Part shown: positions 36,501 to 37,945 of the stretch, in pieces
Layout: every line of letters begins with the position of its first letter
How positions within the stretch are numbered: the first letter of the stretch is position 1
Assembly (NCBI GenBank): GCA_048213135.1
Contig: PS015084.1
Coordinates: forward strand, 61,406-99,350
DNA length: 37,945 nucleotides
Source: Reclinomonas americana ATCC 50394
Lineage: Eukaryota
Direction of reading: 5' to 3'
Translations under genes and position numbers: made by a program
Notes under the pieces: generated by a model
Seen by the model: only the letters and a program-made list of their open reading frames with translations
Databases searched by the model: none
What the model was told of the DNA's origin: nothing

Positions 36501-37945
36501 GCGATGGTGCGCCACGGCTTGCCAACCAAAATAAGCTGACACCACGGTCCTCCGCCAAGGTTGCCACCGTCGCGCAAAATACCAGGATGGCGCATACGCA
36601 CGGCTACGTGGACGTGAGTCAAAGCACAACGCATCGCAAACAAGTGTCAATCGATCGCAGTACGCACCGTGCGGGTAGAGACTGCCGTGCGCCAACTCTC
36701 CGTCGTGCAGAGCGGCGAGAGCACTGGCCAGCTCGCGAGCGACTTGCACCTCGACCAACAGGGTGCGATCGCGCATTGATTGTGACTCCTTAGACGCGGA
36801 ACTGAGATCGACAACGCGCTCCCCGCTGCTTGCAAATGCTCGCCCCTTGCGCAAGTCCTCCTCCTGCGCACCGATCGCAAAAATGTGTCAGCATTTCGTG
36901 TCCTTGCGACTGGCGATTCGTTCTTGTTTGGCGTAACTGGTGGGGGCGCGGCCGCCGACTGTGGTGTTGCCTGTCAGAGGGAGATTAGACGAAATTCACA
37001 CGGTGGCGATGAAGCAAGCGAGACGAACTGTATCCACATAAGGCTGGTAGGGAGGTGGAACCCTGTCATTCGATGAAGCCGCCTGCATGCAACACGAAAC
37101 AGTGAGGGGCGGATGATTACTGATGGCGGCGCTCTTGCGCGTTTGCAAGGGGGGCAGAGCGAAACAGCATGCGGCTGGTAGGGAGGTGGAACTCTGTCAC
37201 TCGACGGTGTCTCCTGTAGACACGCCACAGTGAGGATTTGCACTTTGTGCAGGGGCACATGGGGGACTAACCGAAACAACATGTGGCTGGTAGGGAGGTG
37301 GAACTCTGTCACTCGACGGTGTCTCCTGTGCACACGATGGTGTGAAATGCTGCTTGCACGTTTCCGCACCAAGCAGGGAGACAAACCGAAACAACAGGAG
37401 GTTGGTGGGGAGGTGGAACTCTGTCACTCGATGGTACAGCCTACATACAAACACGCAAAGGTGAGAACTGTTTCTGAACACTGCCTGCACGTGAATGTGC
37501 ATTGGTCATACCGACTCCGCATACGGCCGGCGGGGAGGAGGTATTCTGTCACTTGAAGACGCCTGCAAACAAGCACGTGAGGACTGCGGTCAACTTTCAA
37601 GATCTTTCATGGAATGCATGACACACCGAACCACTGGGGCCCTCGTTTGTCTGCACAGAGACTTGTGAGCAGACGCCTTCGCATTAGATAGCATGCGAGT
37701 GAAACGTACCGGTGGAAGGCAAAGGACACGTGGCTGAGTGGTGAGCGGCAGCATAGAGACTGGACTTAGTGTAGGCATCGATTCGGTTTTCTTGTCGCCA
37801 GTCAGCCGGCCAGTCGCTCGCTCATCAACAACTGTGCCTCGCCGCCATGTTGCTTTGAGTACGTACTCACTGCGCGAAGTGCTGCGCACGCATATGCACA
37901 CTTACCACCGACGCTCCCACCGTGAAATGTGCGGCGCCGCGCGAA
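33564..37945 (-). CDS. Multidomain protein: PPxY repeats, pseudokinase C-lobe, HEPN-like domain, TKL-like kinase; 5' end uncertain or outside the window
   Basis: Kinase ~34830-33564: RVLKSF, CRKEAVVM, HPHIVRCYG, HRDLKTANV, KLGDFGLS, GTARFWCPE, LISRCW..ERPS. HEPN-like ~35600-35080: LDLALIIKLLL...IKSVRSLRNSISH. Pseudokinase ~36860-35980: ARELASALAALH, HGSLYPH, LLDPE, TDVFQFGLLL, RPSMRRIYERL. Some linking junctions (~35980-35600 and ~34910-34830) are ambiguous. Confidence 0.7.
37029..37562 (-). repeat. Five tandem exon-intron units encoding SDRVPPPYQP-type repeats
   Basis: Phase-0 exons 37562-37512, 37440-37387, 37325-37272, 37213-37121 and 37082-37029, each preceded by YAG. Confidence 0.85.

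Noticed and set aside
37029-37562. CRISPR-like repeat-spacer array
   Set aside because: The repeats are degenerate, flanked by AG/GT and encode a peptide in a eukaryotic gene; no cas genes are present.

Overview
Eukaryotic (protist-like) draft genomic DNA with GC-rich exons, spliceosomal GT-AG introns, many (GA)n/(CT)n/(CA)n tracts and seven N gaps. The organism cannot be identified from the window alone. Manual splicing gives about 11 genes: an RRM protein, a lipocalin, a WD40 protein, two tandem orphan membrane paralogs, a ~2380-aa secreted and probably GPI-anchored FN3 protein, DUF167/YggU, an ELMO-domain Arf-GAP, a coiled-coil protein, an orphan multipass membrane protein, and a 5'-truncated multidomain gene. 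Two results stand out. (1) The multidomain gene (33564 to the window edge) appears to encode PPxY exon repeats, a pseudokinase C-lobe, an RxxxxH HEPN-like domain and an HRD/DFG kinase, an RNase L/Ire1-reminiscent architecture. (2) At least 10 frame-supported introns use a shifted GTTGCG donor, always after a non-G exon base. Domain calls come from motif recognition by eye; no searches were run.
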